Shown piece by piece: positions 34,190 to 42,551 of a stretch of DNA of 64,000 nucleotides. The stretch's first letter is position 1. Every line of letters begins with the position of its first letter. The stretch spans positions 38 to 64,037 of the forward strand of contig CAKPJL010000004.1 of NCBI GenBank assembly GCA_934162655.1, in the 5' to 3' direction. The notes beneath the pieces are model-generated. The model did not search any database. It saw only the letters and a program-made list of their open reading frames with translations, and was not told the origin of the DNA. The position numbers were made by a program, and so were the translations under genes. The stretch comes from an uncultured Clostridia bacterium. Lineage in GTDB: Bacteria; Bacillota; Clostridia; TANB77; CAG-465.

Positions 34190-35023
34190 TTATTTACTAT
34201 TTCTTCTTTTAACAATGAACTTATCTGTTCTATGATTTTTATTTCTTGTTTTGTATCCAAGAGCTGGTTTACCCCAAGGAGTAAGTGGTCCTGCGTGTCC
34301 AACTGGTGCTCTACCTTCACCACCACCATGTGGGTGATCGCAAGGGTTCATTACGCTACCTCTAACAGATGGACGAATTCCCATATTTCTTGTTCTACCT
34401 GCTTTACCTAATGATACATTTTCATGATCTAAGTTACCTACTTGACCAATACATGCTCTACAATCAGTAAGAATAAGTCTCATTTCTCCTGATGGCATTC
34501 TTACATGTGCATATTTTTCTTCTTTTGCCATAAGTTGAGCAGACATACCAGCACTTCTTACAAGTTGTGCACCTTTACCTTTATGTAATTCGATATTATA
34601 TATCATAGTACCAACTGGTATTGCACTAATTGGCATACAGTTACCTGGTTTTATATCTGCTTTGTTTGAAGATATAACTTTATCACCATCTTTTAGTCCA
34701 AGTGGAGCTATAATATATGCTCTTGTTCCATCTTCATATTCTATTAAAGCAATATTTGCTGTTCTGTTTGGATCGTATTCAATTGCAATAACAGTTGCTT
34801 CCATATCTACTTTATTTCTTTTGAAATCTATTACTCTATATTTTCTTCTAGAACCGCCACCTTGATGACGAACTGTGATTTTACCTTGATTATTTCTACC
34901 AGCATTCTTCTTTACAACTGTAAGTAAAGATTTTTCTGGTGATTTCTTAGTAACTTCTTCGTTAGTCAACATAGTTGTGTTTCTAAGTGATGGAGTAACA
35001 GGTTTAAATGATTTTATTCCCAT
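34190..35023 (-). CDS. rplB: 50S ribosomal protein L2
   Basis: [16 protein letters not shown]...[14 protein letters not shown]. Confidence 0.98.
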   Translation of the reverse strand: MGIKSFKPVTPSLRNTTMLTNEEVTKKSPEKSLLTVVKKNAGRNNQGKITVRHQGGGSRRKYRVIDFKRNKVDMEATVIAIEYDPNRTANIALIEYEDGTRAYIIAPLGLKDGDKVISSNKADIKPGNCMPISAIPVGTMIYNIELHKGKGAQLVRSAGMSAQLMAKEEKYAHVRMPSGEMRLILTDCRACIGQVGNLDHENVSLGKAGRTRNMGIRPSVRGSVMNPCDHPHGGGEGRAPVGHAGPLTPWGKPALGYKTRNKNHRTDKFIVKRRNSK

Positions 35024-35039
35024 TTTAATTCCCTCCTAG

Positions 35040-35405
35040 TTAGTTAGCACTTCCAAAAGCTGAACTGATTTCTTCAATTTCAGTTTTGTATTTTTTGCTA
35101 GATTTAGTAGCTTTTCCACCTTTTGCAAGATATTTTTCATCTGCTGGATTTGTATCAATTTGAACAACTGCTTTTTTCCAAGCTGCTGTCAATCCTTGGT
35201 GTACTCCAACTCTTTTAGATTTTCCATCATAATTTAATGTATTAACTTTTAAAACTTTAACTGAAAATAAGCTTTCTACTGCATTTTTTATATCTACTTT
35301 TGTAGCATCTTTTGCAACTTCAAAAGTATATTTACCTGTTGCAACATCTGCATAAGTTTTTTCAGTCATTATAGGTTTTATTATAATGTCTTCTGCATTT
35401 CTCAT
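35040..35405 (-). CDS. rplW: 50S ribosomal protein L23 (with a C-terminal extension of about 20-25 aa)
   Basis: IIKPIMTEKTY...KVLKVNTLNY.GKSKR; 121 aa versus about 95-100 aa typical. Confidence 0.93.
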   Translation of the reverse strand: MRNAEDIIIKPIMTEKTYADVATGKYTFEVAKDATKVDIKNAVESLFSVKVLKVNTLNYDGKSKRVGVHQGLTAAWKKAVVQIDTNPADEKYLAKGGKATKSSKKYKTEIEEISSAFGSAN

Positions 35406-36025
35406 TATGCGTACACCTCCTCTAATTTCTTAACTGCATCAACTGTAACAACTAATTTATTGTATTTTAATAAATCATATATATTCATAGTTGAAACAAG
35501 TGTTGTTTTTACATTTTCAATATTTCTTGCTGAAGCTTGAACATTTAAATTGTTTTTATCAAGCATTATTAAAGCATTGTTAGCATTCAATTTGTTTAAA
35601 ATGCTTACCATGTTTTTAGTTTTTATTTCTTTTAAATCAATAGCATCAACAACTATTAAGTTACCTTCTTGTAATTTAGATGTAAGAACAGATCTAAATG
35701 CGATTTGTCTCATCTTTTTGTTTATTGCATATCTATAAGTTCTTGGCTTTGGTCCAAGTGCAATACCACCTTTAATCCATTGTGGAGCTCTTATTGAGCC
35801 TTGTCTTGCTCTACCTGTTCCTTTTTGTTTCCAAGGTTTTCTTCCACCACCAGATACTTCTGATCTAGTTTTTGTAGATTGTGTACCTTGTCTTTGGTTT
35901 GCTAGGAAATTAACAAGTGCTGCATGAACAACAACTTCGTTTATTTCTACACCAAAAACAGTTTCTGCAAGTTCTATATCTTTTACTTTTTTACCTTCAA
36001 TATTTAAAACATCTACTTTTAGCAT
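35405..36025 (-). CDS. rplD: 50S ribosomal protein L4
   Basis: QRQGTQSTKTRSEVSGGGRKPWKQKGTGRARQGSIRAPQW. Confidence 0.97.
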   Translation of the reverse strand: MLKVDVLNIEGKKVKDIELAETVFGVEINEVVVHAALVNFLANQRQGTQSTKTRSEVSGGGRKPWKQKGTGRARQGSIRAPQWIKGGIALGPKPRTYRYAINKKMRQIAFRSVLTSKLQEGNLIVVDAIDLKEIKTKNMVSILNKLNANNALIMLDKNNLNVQASARNIENVKTTLVSTMNIYDLLKYNKLVVTVDAVKKLEEVYA

Positions 36026-36047
36026 TTAATTTTCCTCCTCTCTTAAA

Positions 36048-36674
36048 CTACTTAACTGATTTTCTTACTTTAACAATTGCTCCCTTAGCTCCTGGAATTG
36101 ATCCTTTAACTAAGATAACATTTTTGTCTGTATCTACTTTAACAACATCTAAGTTAAGTATTGTTGAAGTTTCACTTCCCATATGTCCTGGTAAGTTTTT
36201 GCCTTTAAATACTTTACCTGGTGTTGATGTTGGTCCCATTGAACCTGGTCTTCTATGATACATAGATCCATGTCCCTTTGGTCCTATATGTTGACCATGT
36301 CTTTTAATACATCCTTGATATCCTTTACCTTTTGAAGTTCCTTGAATATCTACTCTATCTTCTGTATTAAAAGTATCAACAGTTATTTTGTTTCCAATTT
36401 CATATTCGTCAACATTATCAACTTTGATTTCTCTTAAATATTTTTGTACTTCTGTACCAGCTTTTGCAAAAACGCCCTTTTGAGCTTTATTTGCATTTTT
36501 TTCTTTAATCTCTCCAAAGCTTACAACTATTGCGTTGTATCCTTCTTTTTGAGCTGTTTTTTTAGAAACAACAGTTAAAGGTTTAACTTCAACAGCAGTA
36601 ACTGGAATTGCTTTTCCATCTTCAGAAAAAATTTGTGTCATTCCTACTTTTTTTCCGTAAACTTCTTTTACCAT
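36048..36674 (-). CDS. rplC: 50S ribosomal protein L3
   Basis: Start trimmed to ATG 36674 after AGGGAGG: MVKEVYGKKVGMTQIF...GKGYQG. Confidence 0.96.
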   Translation of the reverse strand: MVKEVYGKKVGMTQIFSEDGKAIPVTAVEVKPLTVVSKKTAQKEGYNAIVVSFGEIKEKNANKAQKGVFAKAGTEVQKYLREIKVDNVDEYEIGNKITVDTFNTEDRVDIQGTSKGKGYQGCIKRHGQHIGPKGHGSMYHRRPGSMGPTSTPGKVFKGKNLPGHMGSETSTILNLDVVKVDTDKNVILVKGSIPGAKGAIVKVRKSVK

Positions 36675-36800
36675 TTTATTTCCTCCCTTAAATTTACTAC
36701 TCAAATAAACTTTTGATAACATCAATTAAAATTTTTAATATAGGGTATGTTATTGCCTCTTTAAACAAAAGGATAACTATTAAAAATTCTTATAAGTTTA

Positions 36801-37118
36801 TTATATTTTTACTTCGATGTCTACACCTGCTGGCATATCTATTGACATTAATGCATCAACAGTTGCTGGGTTTGGTGATAATACATCAATAACTCTTTTA
36901 TGAGTTCTCATTTCGAATTGTTCTCTTGAATCTTTGTGTTTGTGTGGAGAACGTAATATTGTAATGATTTCTTTTTCTGTTGGTAGAGGTATTGGTCCTG
37001 AAACTTCAGAGCCAGTCTTTTTAGCAACTTCAACAATCTTTAAAGCAGCTTGCTCTAGCACAACATGATCATAAGCTTTAAGTCTTATTCTCATTTTTTT
37101 TGATTTTTCTTTTGACAT
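36801..37118 (-). CDS. rpsJ: 30S ribosomal protein S10
   Basis: [23 protein letters not shown]...[19 protein letters not shown]. Confidence 0.97.
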   Translation of the reverse strand: MSKEKSKKMRIRLKAYDHVVLEQAALKIVEVAKKTGSEVSGPIPLPTEKEIITILRSPHKHKDSREQFEMRTHKRVIDVLSPNPATVDALMSIDMPAGVDIEVKI

Positions 37119-37332
37119 ATGTAAAACACTCCTTCTCTATAAATTTTGGCTAAACAAGTTCTACACTACCCCGTGTGTTTCATATTTTACACATATAAAA
37201 TACCAAATTTTAATACTAAAACTTGGCAAATATACGTAAGTCTATACTTGCCGCCCGATTTAAAATCAGACATGCTCCATAAGAGTTCCCTACTTCAAAG
37301 AGTAGCCACATCTTACTTCAACGCAAATCAAC
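37119..37332 (-). promoter_or_regulatory. Structured 5' leader of the S10 operon (about 210 nt)
   Basis: Long untranslated leader with hairpins (for example CUACUCUUUGAAGUAG) between the promoter and rpsJ. L4-type autoregulation is an inference from E. coli. Confidence 0.4.
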
Positions 37333-37338
37333 ATATTT

Positions 37339-37367
37339 ATTATAACTTATAAAGTAAAAAAAATCAA
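37339..37367 (-). promoter_or_regulatory. Sigma-A promoter of the S10-spc operon
   Basis: Minus strand TTGATT-17 nt-TATAAT. Confidence 0.6.
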
Positions 37368-37534
37368 GTAATTTTATGAAAAAGTTTACAAAAATTTCAT
37401 ATTTTTTTATAATACTAAAGTTTACTATATTATTTGTTGACATATTCTTATGTATTTCGTTTTAATAAGTGAAATTATACAAATAAAGTTTGCATATCGG
37501 TATAATTTGATATATAATGTGTGAGAGGATTTTT

Positions 37535-38272
37535 ATGAAAGAAAAAAAAGGAAATTTAGGAAAAATTTTAAAAAAAATTATAGCCATATTTTTGCTAATA
37601 ATGATATGTATATCAATATATATAATAAAATCTGGTTACGATACTTACAAAAAGGCAATAGCTTCCATCTCAATAAAAGATAAAGTAAACTCTGTTCGTT
37701 CAATCTCATCATATGTAACTCTTGATAACATTCCAGACACTTATAAAAAAGCTGTAGTTGCTATTGAAGATAAACGATTTTATGAGCATAATGGTGTAGA
37801 TATTATTTCTATTGGTAGAGCAATTATAAAAGATATTTCGACACTTTCACTTATAGAAGGTGGAAGTACAATAACCCAGCAAGTGGCAAAAAATCTTTAT
37901 CTTACGCAGGAGAAGAAATTTTCAAGGAAAATTGCTGAGGTGTTTATTGCTCTTGAAATGGAAAAAGAACTAAACAAAGAAGAAATATTAGAATTATACA
38001 TTAATGTAATATACTATGGTGATGGTTATTACGGAATAGGACATGCATCACATGGATATTTTGGAAAAGAGCCAAGTAATTTGAATTTATATGAGCAAAC
38101 ACTTCTAGTTGGAATTCCAAATGCTCCTTCCATTTACCAATTAAGCAATAATTCAAAGTTAACTTATGAAAGACAAAATATTGTTATAAACACACTAGCC
38201 GAAGCTGGAAATATAACAGGTGAACAGATAAGTATTATTAAACAGGAAAAGGAGTCAATTAACAATTATTGA
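37535..38272 (+). CDS. Monofunctional peptidoglycan glycosyltransferase (GT51 domain only)
   Basis: N-terminal TM helix; EDKRFYEHNGVD and GGSTITQQVAKN motifs. Start moved to ATG 37535 after GAGAGGA. Confidence 0.85.
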   Translation: MKEKKGNLGKILKKIIAIFLLIMICISIYIIKSGYDTYKKAIASISIKDKVNSVRSISSYVTLDNIPDTYKKAVVAIEDKRFYEHNGVDIISIGRAIIKDISTLSLIEGGSTITQQVAKNLYLTQEKKFSRKIAEVFIALEMEKELNKEEILELYINVIYYGDGYYGIGHASHGYFGKEPSNLNLYEQTLLVGIPNAPSIYQLSNNSKLTYERQNIVINTLAEAGNITGEQISIIKQEKESINNY

Positions 38273-38345
38273 CAAATTTATGATTATAAGTATAATATTG
38301 ATGTAAATTGTTATCAATCATTACTAATTTAGAAAGGATGTTTTT

Positions 38346-39530
38346 ATGGAACTAAAATTATTAGCCTACACTCACTTACCAAAAGATAGTGGGAAATTTA
38401 ATCTAGAGGAATCTCTTAATTTTTGTGCCAAAATGGCAGGAATATGCTACATGGCGGGGGACTTTAATAGTATTTTAAATGAAAGCGATGAGGCAACTTC
38501 AAAAAGATTGAATCAAACATTAAATTCGGGTCATCATAGCGTATTTGATCATGTTAAACTAACATTTGAATTGAAAAATATTTCTAAAATTATAGCTATG
38601 ACACTTAATAATGAAAAAGATTATTCAACATCAGAAAAGTCAGCTAGATACACACATTTTGAAAATATAGATGACAGTTCTTCTACATTGTATGATAAAT
38701 GGTATAATAAATTGTGGCCTATTATAAAAGATACCTATCCGCAAATGTATAATCAAAAACTAAAGGATCCCGAACTACCATATAAAAAATTAGCACAAGA
38801 AAACGCAAGATATTTTGTATCAATATTTAGTCGCACTACAACAATGGGACATACACTATCACTAAGGCAACTAAATTATGTGCTTTTTATGATGGAAGAG
38901 TTTATAAAAAATCATGATAAGCAAAATGATTTTTACTGTAAAGTATCAAAAGAATTTGAAGAATTTGTTCCTTTATTTAAAGAGTATAGAGTTGAAAAAT
39001 TAATTCCAACTGGTAAACAGAGAAAACTTTCACTATTTGGAGATGAAAATTATAGAAATATTGATGATATATTCTCATATGTATATCAAACAAGTTTTAA
39101 AGCAAGTTTTGCATGTGTTGCCCAAAACCACAGACATCGTAGTGAAGCATCTTCTATATATCTTTTGGATAATTACGAATTCGTAATACCTGATATAATC
39201 AAGGAAAATAAATCTCTAAAAGATGAGTGGTTAGAGGATGCAAATAAGGTCAAAGGATCATTTCCCCAGGGCCAACTCGTACAAGTTAATCAAACTGGTA
39301 CACTTGACACACTATTTTTGAAGTGTACAGAAAGATTATGTGGAAATGCTCAATTAGAAATTATGCATGTAACTCTTAATACAGTAAATAAATTTACTAA
39401 TAATTCTCCATATGGTCATGTATTAAAAGAAAAATTAAACGGTGAAACAGCCAGATGTAGATTTAAAGATTCTGCTAAATGTACCAGACCTTGTATATTT
39501 GCCAAAAATCAATGCTTAAGAAAAATATAA
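38346..39530 (+). CDS. Fused double ThyX-like (FAD-dependent thymidylate synthase fold) protein with a Cys-rich tail
   Basis: Half 1: SGHHSVFDHVKLTFELKNISK...SEKSARY (RHR position reads NEK). Half 2: SFACVAQNHRHRSEAS...YEFVIP...CGNAQLEIMHV. C-terminus has Cx7Cx3Cx6C. Confidence 0.55.
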   Translation: MELKLLAYTHLPKDSGKFNLEESLNFCAKMAGICYMAGDFNSILNESDEATSKRLNQTLNSGHHSVFDHVKLTFELKNISKIIAMTLNNEKDYSTSEKSARYTHFENIDDSSSTLYDKWYNKLWPIIKDTYPQMYNQKLKDPELPYKKLAQENARYFVSIFSRTTTMGHTLSLRQLNYVLFMMEEFIKNHDKQNDFYCKVSKEFEEFVPLFKEYRVEKLIPTGKQRKLSLFGDENYRNIDDIFSYVYQTSFKASFACVAQNHRHRSEASSIYLLDNYEFVIPDIIKENKSLKDEWLEDANKVKGSFPQGQLVQVNQTGTLDTLFLKCTERLCGNAQLEIMHVTLNTVNKFTNNSPYGHVLKEKLNGETARCRFKDSAKCTRPCIFAKNQCLRKI

Positions 39531-39587
39531 AATAAATCTTCTATTCCAAACCTTCATATGTTATTTAAAATATTTATAATTTATATA

Positions 39588-39618
39588 ATCGGTTCTTTAT
39601 TAGGGCCGATTTTTTATT
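39588..39618 (+). terminator. Intrinsic terminator after the ThyX-like gene (copy 1 of a duplicated element)
   Basis: AAUCGG-uucuuuauuaggg-CCGAUU followed by U6. Confidence 0.65.
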
Positions 39619-39642
39619 TTGAACTAATAACCCAATCCAATT

Positions 39643-39671
39643 TTGACTTTATTTTATAATTATGTTATAAT
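39643..39671 (+). promoter_or_regulatory. Sigma-A promoter of the ankyrin gene
   Basis: TTGACT-17 nt-TATAAT. Confidence 0.55.
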
Positions 39672-39737
39672 TTGGGCAGTTTTAAACTTATATAATCTGT
39701 AATTTCAGATTTAATTTAATTAATGGAGGGAAATCAA

Positions 39738-40580
39738 ATGTCAAATTCTAAATTTTTTGAGGCATGTAAGCATGGAAACGTAAGATTAGTAGAAATACTA
39801 ATAAATGAGGGGACTAATGTACATGCTGAAAATGACTTGGCACTAAACCTTGCATCTGAATATGGGCATGTCAAAGTAGTTAAACTGCTCCTTGAACACG
39901 GAGCTGATGTACATGCTCATAATGATAGAGCACTAATTATTGCATCTAAAAATGGTCATTATGAAGTGGTTAAATTACTTCTTGAAAATGGTGCTAATGT
40001 ACATGCTGAAAATGACTTGGCACTACGAAATGCATCTAAATATGGTCATGTTGAAGTAGTTAAATTATTGCTTGAAAATGGTGCCAATGTACATGCTGAA
40101 GATGACTATTCACTAATATATTCTCTTAGCTTTGAGAATCGTGAGGATGCCGAAGTAGTTGACATGTTACTTAAAAATTTTCATATTGAAGTAGTTAAAC
40201 TACTACTTGAAAATGGTGCTAATGTACATGCTCATAACGATAAAGCACTAATTACTGCAGCTAAATATGGTCATTATGAAATGGTTAAATTACTTCTTGA
40301 AAATGGTGCCAATGTACATGCTGAAGATGACTACGCCCTAAAAATTGCAGCTGAAAATGATCATTATGAAGTGGTTAAATTATTGCTTGAAAATGGTGCC
40401 AATATACATGCGAACTGTGACCATGCACTGCATTGGGCAGCTGAAAATGATGATATTGAATTAGTTAAACTACTACTTGCAAATGGTGCCAATGTACATG
40501 CTTTAGGTGACTTTGCACTAAGAATTACATATAAAAATGATCATACTGAAGAAATAGAATTAATTAAACGATATGAATAA
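39738..40580 (+). CDS. Ankyrin-repeat protein (about 8 repeats)
   Basis: Iterated GHxEVVKLLLENGANVHAExDxAL units of 33 aa. Start moved to ATG 39738 after GGAGGG. Confidence 0.9.
   Translation: MSNSKFFEACKHGNVRLVEILINEGTNVHAENDLALNLASEYGHVKVVKLLLEHGADVHAHNDRALIIASKNGHYEVVKLLLENGANVHAENDLALRNASKYGHVEVVKLLLENGANVHAEDDYSLIYSLSFENREDAEVVDMLLKNFHIEVVKLLLENGANVHAHNDKALITAAKYGHYEMVKLLLENGANVHAEDDYALKIAAENDHYEVVKLLLENGANIHANCDHALHWAAENDDIELVKLLLANGANVHALGDFALRITYKNDHTEEIELIKRYE
39780..40530 (+). repeat. 99-bp-period nucleotide-level tandem repeats encoding the ANK units
   Basis: gttaaattacttcttgaaaatggtgc(t/c)aatgtacatgctgaa... recurs nearly identically. One unit (about 40090-40200) is aberrant or longer. 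Confidence 0.85.
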
Positions 40581-40618
40581 TTATTTGATTTAATATTCTA
40601 ATATAAAATATTTATATA

Positions 40619-40649
40619 ATCGGTTCTTTATTAGGGCCGATTTTTTATT
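40619..40649 (+). terminator. Intrinsic terminator after the ankyrin gene (copy 2 of the duplicated element)
   Basis: Sequence identical to 39588-39618. Confidence 0.65.
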
Positions 40650-40771
40650 AGGCTTTTTAATATTTCCTTTTTTATTAATAAAAATATTTTAGTAAAAAGT
40701 ATTGATTTTTGCAAAATATTGTGTTAAAATATTTTGGTAATAGTTATTTTATCGTTTAAGGAGGTGCTAAA

Positions 40772-41026
40772 ATGCCAAACATAAAATCAGCAAAAAAAAG
40801 AGTTTTAGTAGCAGAAACAAAGACTGCACAGAACAGAGCTACAAAAAAAGCATATAAAGAAGCTGTTAAAGCTTTTGAAACAGCAGTAGCAGAAAACAGC
40901 AAAGATAAAGAAGAATTATATAAAAAGGCTGTTAGCCTTGTAGATAAAGCATGGACAAAAGGTGTTCTTGCTAAAAATACAGCAGCTAGAAAAAAAGCTG
41001 GACTTACAAAATTATTAAACAAGTAA
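40772..41026 (+). CDS. rpsT: 30S ribosomal protein S20
   Basis: MPNIKSAKKRVLVAETKTAQNRATK... Confidence 0.95.
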   Translation: MPNIKSAKKRVLVAETKTAQNRATKKAYKEAVKAFETAVAENSKDKEELYKKAVSLVDKAWTKGVLAKNTAARKKAGLTKLLNK

Positions 41027-41027
41027 T

Positions 41028-41058
41028 AAAAAAAACCAACCATTAGGTTGGTTTTTTT
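41028..41058 (+). terminator. Terminator after rpsT
   Basis: AAAAAACCAACC-auua-GGUUGGUUUUUUU. Confidence 0.8.
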
Positions 41059-41065
41059 ATAGCAT

Positions 41066-41094
41066 TTGACTTTTTATGTGAATTAGGTTATAAT
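41066..41094 (+). promoter_or_regulatory. Sigma-A promoter, module A (TM2 gene)
   Basis: TTGACT-17 nt-TATAAT; about 45 nt nearly identical to module B at 41472-41500. Confidence 0.6.
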
Positions 41095-41100
41095 AAATGT

Positions 41101-41196
41101 ATAATATTTTAAGGAGCTTTGTGAAAATTCACAATACAAATTACTACAAATAATTATTTGTATTTTGTGTGTCACTTTGCTAGAAAGGAATTCATC
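41101..41196 (+). promoter_or_regulatory. Structured 5' leader A (paralog of leader B)
   Basis: AGCUUUGUG...CACUUUGCU outer pairing ends next to the RBS; inner palindrome ACAAAUAAUUAUUUGU; ends GCUAGAAAGGAAUUCAUCAUG. Confidence 0.45.
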
Positions 41197-41412
41197 ATGA
41201 AAAAGTATCCCTATGGCTTCGTAATTTTTCTTATTTGTCTTTTATTTGGTTGCTTTGGTGCACACCGTTTTATGACAGGTAAGATAGGTTCAGCAGTTTT
41301 ATTTCTCTTGACAGGCGGTATTTTTGGAATAGGTTGGTTCGTAGATGTTATTTGCGTTTTGATGGGAAAATTTACAGATGCTGATGGAAATAAAATAAGT
41401 TTATGGGAATAA
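41197..41412 (+). CDS. TM2 domain-containing small membrane protein (second paralog)
   Basis: FGCFGAHRFMTGKIGSAVLFLLT..GIGWFVDVICVLMGKFTDADGN. Start moved to ATG 41197 after GAAAGGAA. Confidence 0.8.
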   Translation: MKKYPYGFVIFLICLLFGCFGAHRFMTGKIGSAVLFLLTGGIFGIGWFVDVICVLMGKFTDADGNKISLWE

Positions 41413-41416
41413 TTCT

Positions 41417-41448
41417 AACCCACGGGTTATACCCGTGGGTTGCTTTTT
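41417..41448 (+). terminator. GC-rich terminator after the TM2 gene
   Basis: AACCCACGGG-uuaua-CCCGUGGGUU followed by gcUUUUU. Confidence 0.8.
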
Positions 41449-41471
41449 AACATAAAATCAGATCTTTTAAC

Positions 41472-41500
41472 TTGACATTTTATGTAAATTATATTATAAT
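41472..41500 (+). promoter_or_regulatory. Sigma-A promoter, module B (ORFan 41608-42510)
   Basis: TTGACA-17 nt-TATAAT. Confidence 0.6.
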
Positions 41501-41506
41501 AAATAG

Positions 41507-41607
41507 TGTAAATTATTAATAAAGCTAAGTAAAATTTTGCAAGGCTGTTATAAATAATATGAGATTATTTATATCCTTACATTTTCCTTAGCTAGAAAGA
41601 GGTTATC
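41507..41607 (+). promoter_or_regulatory. Structured 5' leader B
   Basis: 13-position outer helix AGCUAAGUAAAAU / AUUUUCCUUAGCU (one mismatch) ends next to the RBS; inner hairpin AUAAAUAAU..AUUAUUUAU; ends GCUAGAAAGAGGUUAUCAUG. Confidence 0.45.
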
Positions 41608-42510
41608 ATGAAAGAAATTATATTTGGCTACTCCTTAAAGGCAAAGAGCGTACGTGCCCTTTCAGCAAACGGCGGGAATGCACTTAACACATTCAACGCT
41701 TTAGTAGAAAGAATGAGCTCTATGTCAGGAAGAAATATCTTGAACCTGTATTGGTTCTTTGTTTACTCCCCTATTTTTGCTCTTTCAAAGAACAACTTCC
41801 CTAGCACTACGGATATCGCTGTCGTTCGTCGCGAAATACTTAGGTATTTAAAATACGCTGATCGCACCTTATGGGAAGTGTTGACTGCTCCACCTGCAAG
41901 TCATGCAGAGAAAATGCTAAATAAAGCAAATCCTCAAGCATATCCGGTAATATGTTACAAATTTAAAGAATGTATCACATTACTTGATTCTGCTTCTTGT
42001 TCCAAATCGATTCGTCTACTCTCAGAAGATGCACTTAACAAGAGATTCGGAGGCCTAAAGATTTGCGGATTTGAGAAGTATGAATGTGAGTATTTACTGC
42101 CGTATGCAAATGAAGTTGGATGTCTACTCTCTGAATACTCCCTCTCTATGTCGCAAAACGATGAAAGTTATAAAGCATCTATTACCGAGTCGTATCCCGG
42201 TGTCTGGTTAGGCTCTAAAGATATAAGTGAGGAAGTAAACACTGAAGATAAAATACTCAACTGCGACGAAGCGTCTATTGTAGCATCAAAAAATTTAAGT
42301 AAAGAGGAAAATATCGAAGATAAAACAGCTAAGGAAATTCCTTCAAGCACAAATATGCCTGATGTAGCAGCCGAAGATACAAGCGAAGAAAAGATAACTG
42401 AGGCTGTAATAGAAATCCAAGAAGCACTGATAAAACTTAAAAGCTCTGTCAACTTCTTGAAAAGCAAGGGCTTTAAAAAAGAATTCTTTGAGTCATTATT
42501 TGATTTCTAA
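41608..42510 (+). CDS. Hypothetical protein, compositionally atypical ORFan with an acidic low-complexity C-terminal third
   Basis: 300 aa with no motif I recognise. Hand-counted GC of four consecutive 60-nt blocks from 41641 is 52, 33, 42 and 43%, against 23-35% in neighbouring sequence. Confidence 0.6.
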   Translation: MKEIIFGYSLKAKSVRALSANGGNALNTFNALVERMSSMSGRNILNLYWFFVYSPIFALSKNNFPSTTDIAVVRREILRYLKYADRTLWEVLTAPPASHAEKMLNKANPQAYPVICYKFKECITLLDSASCSKSIRLLSEDALNKRFGGLKICGFEKYECEYLLPYANEVGCLLSEYSLSMSQNDESYKASITESYPGVWLGSKDISEEVNTEDKILNCDEASIVASKNLSKEENIEDKTAKEIPSSTNMPDVAAEDTSEEKITEAVIEIQEALIKLKSSVNFLKSKGFKKEFFESLFDF

Positions 42511-42518
42511 ACCAATTT

Positions 42519-42551
42519 ATCACGTAGTTTTTTAACTACGTGATATTTTTT
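42519..42551. terminator. Bidirectional terminator between the ORFan and yabG
   Basis: AUCACGUAGUU-uuuu-AACUACGUGAU followed by U tract. Confidence 0.75.

Noticed and set aside
39780-40530. Regular 99-bp nucleotide repeats as a CRISPR array or satellite
   Set aside because: The repeats are in frame and encode ankyrin units. There are no unique spacers and no cas genes.
40756-41043. 95-aa minus-strand ORF
   Set aside because: It is antisense to rpsT, which has a canonical S20 sequence, an RBS and a terminator.
42168-42467. 99-aa minus-strand ORF inside the ORFan (likewise 44197-44523, 42933-43181, 11173-11409, 12560-12931, 28306-28506)
   Set aside because: These are alternative-frame or antisense ORFs nested in better-supported genes, with no independent signals.
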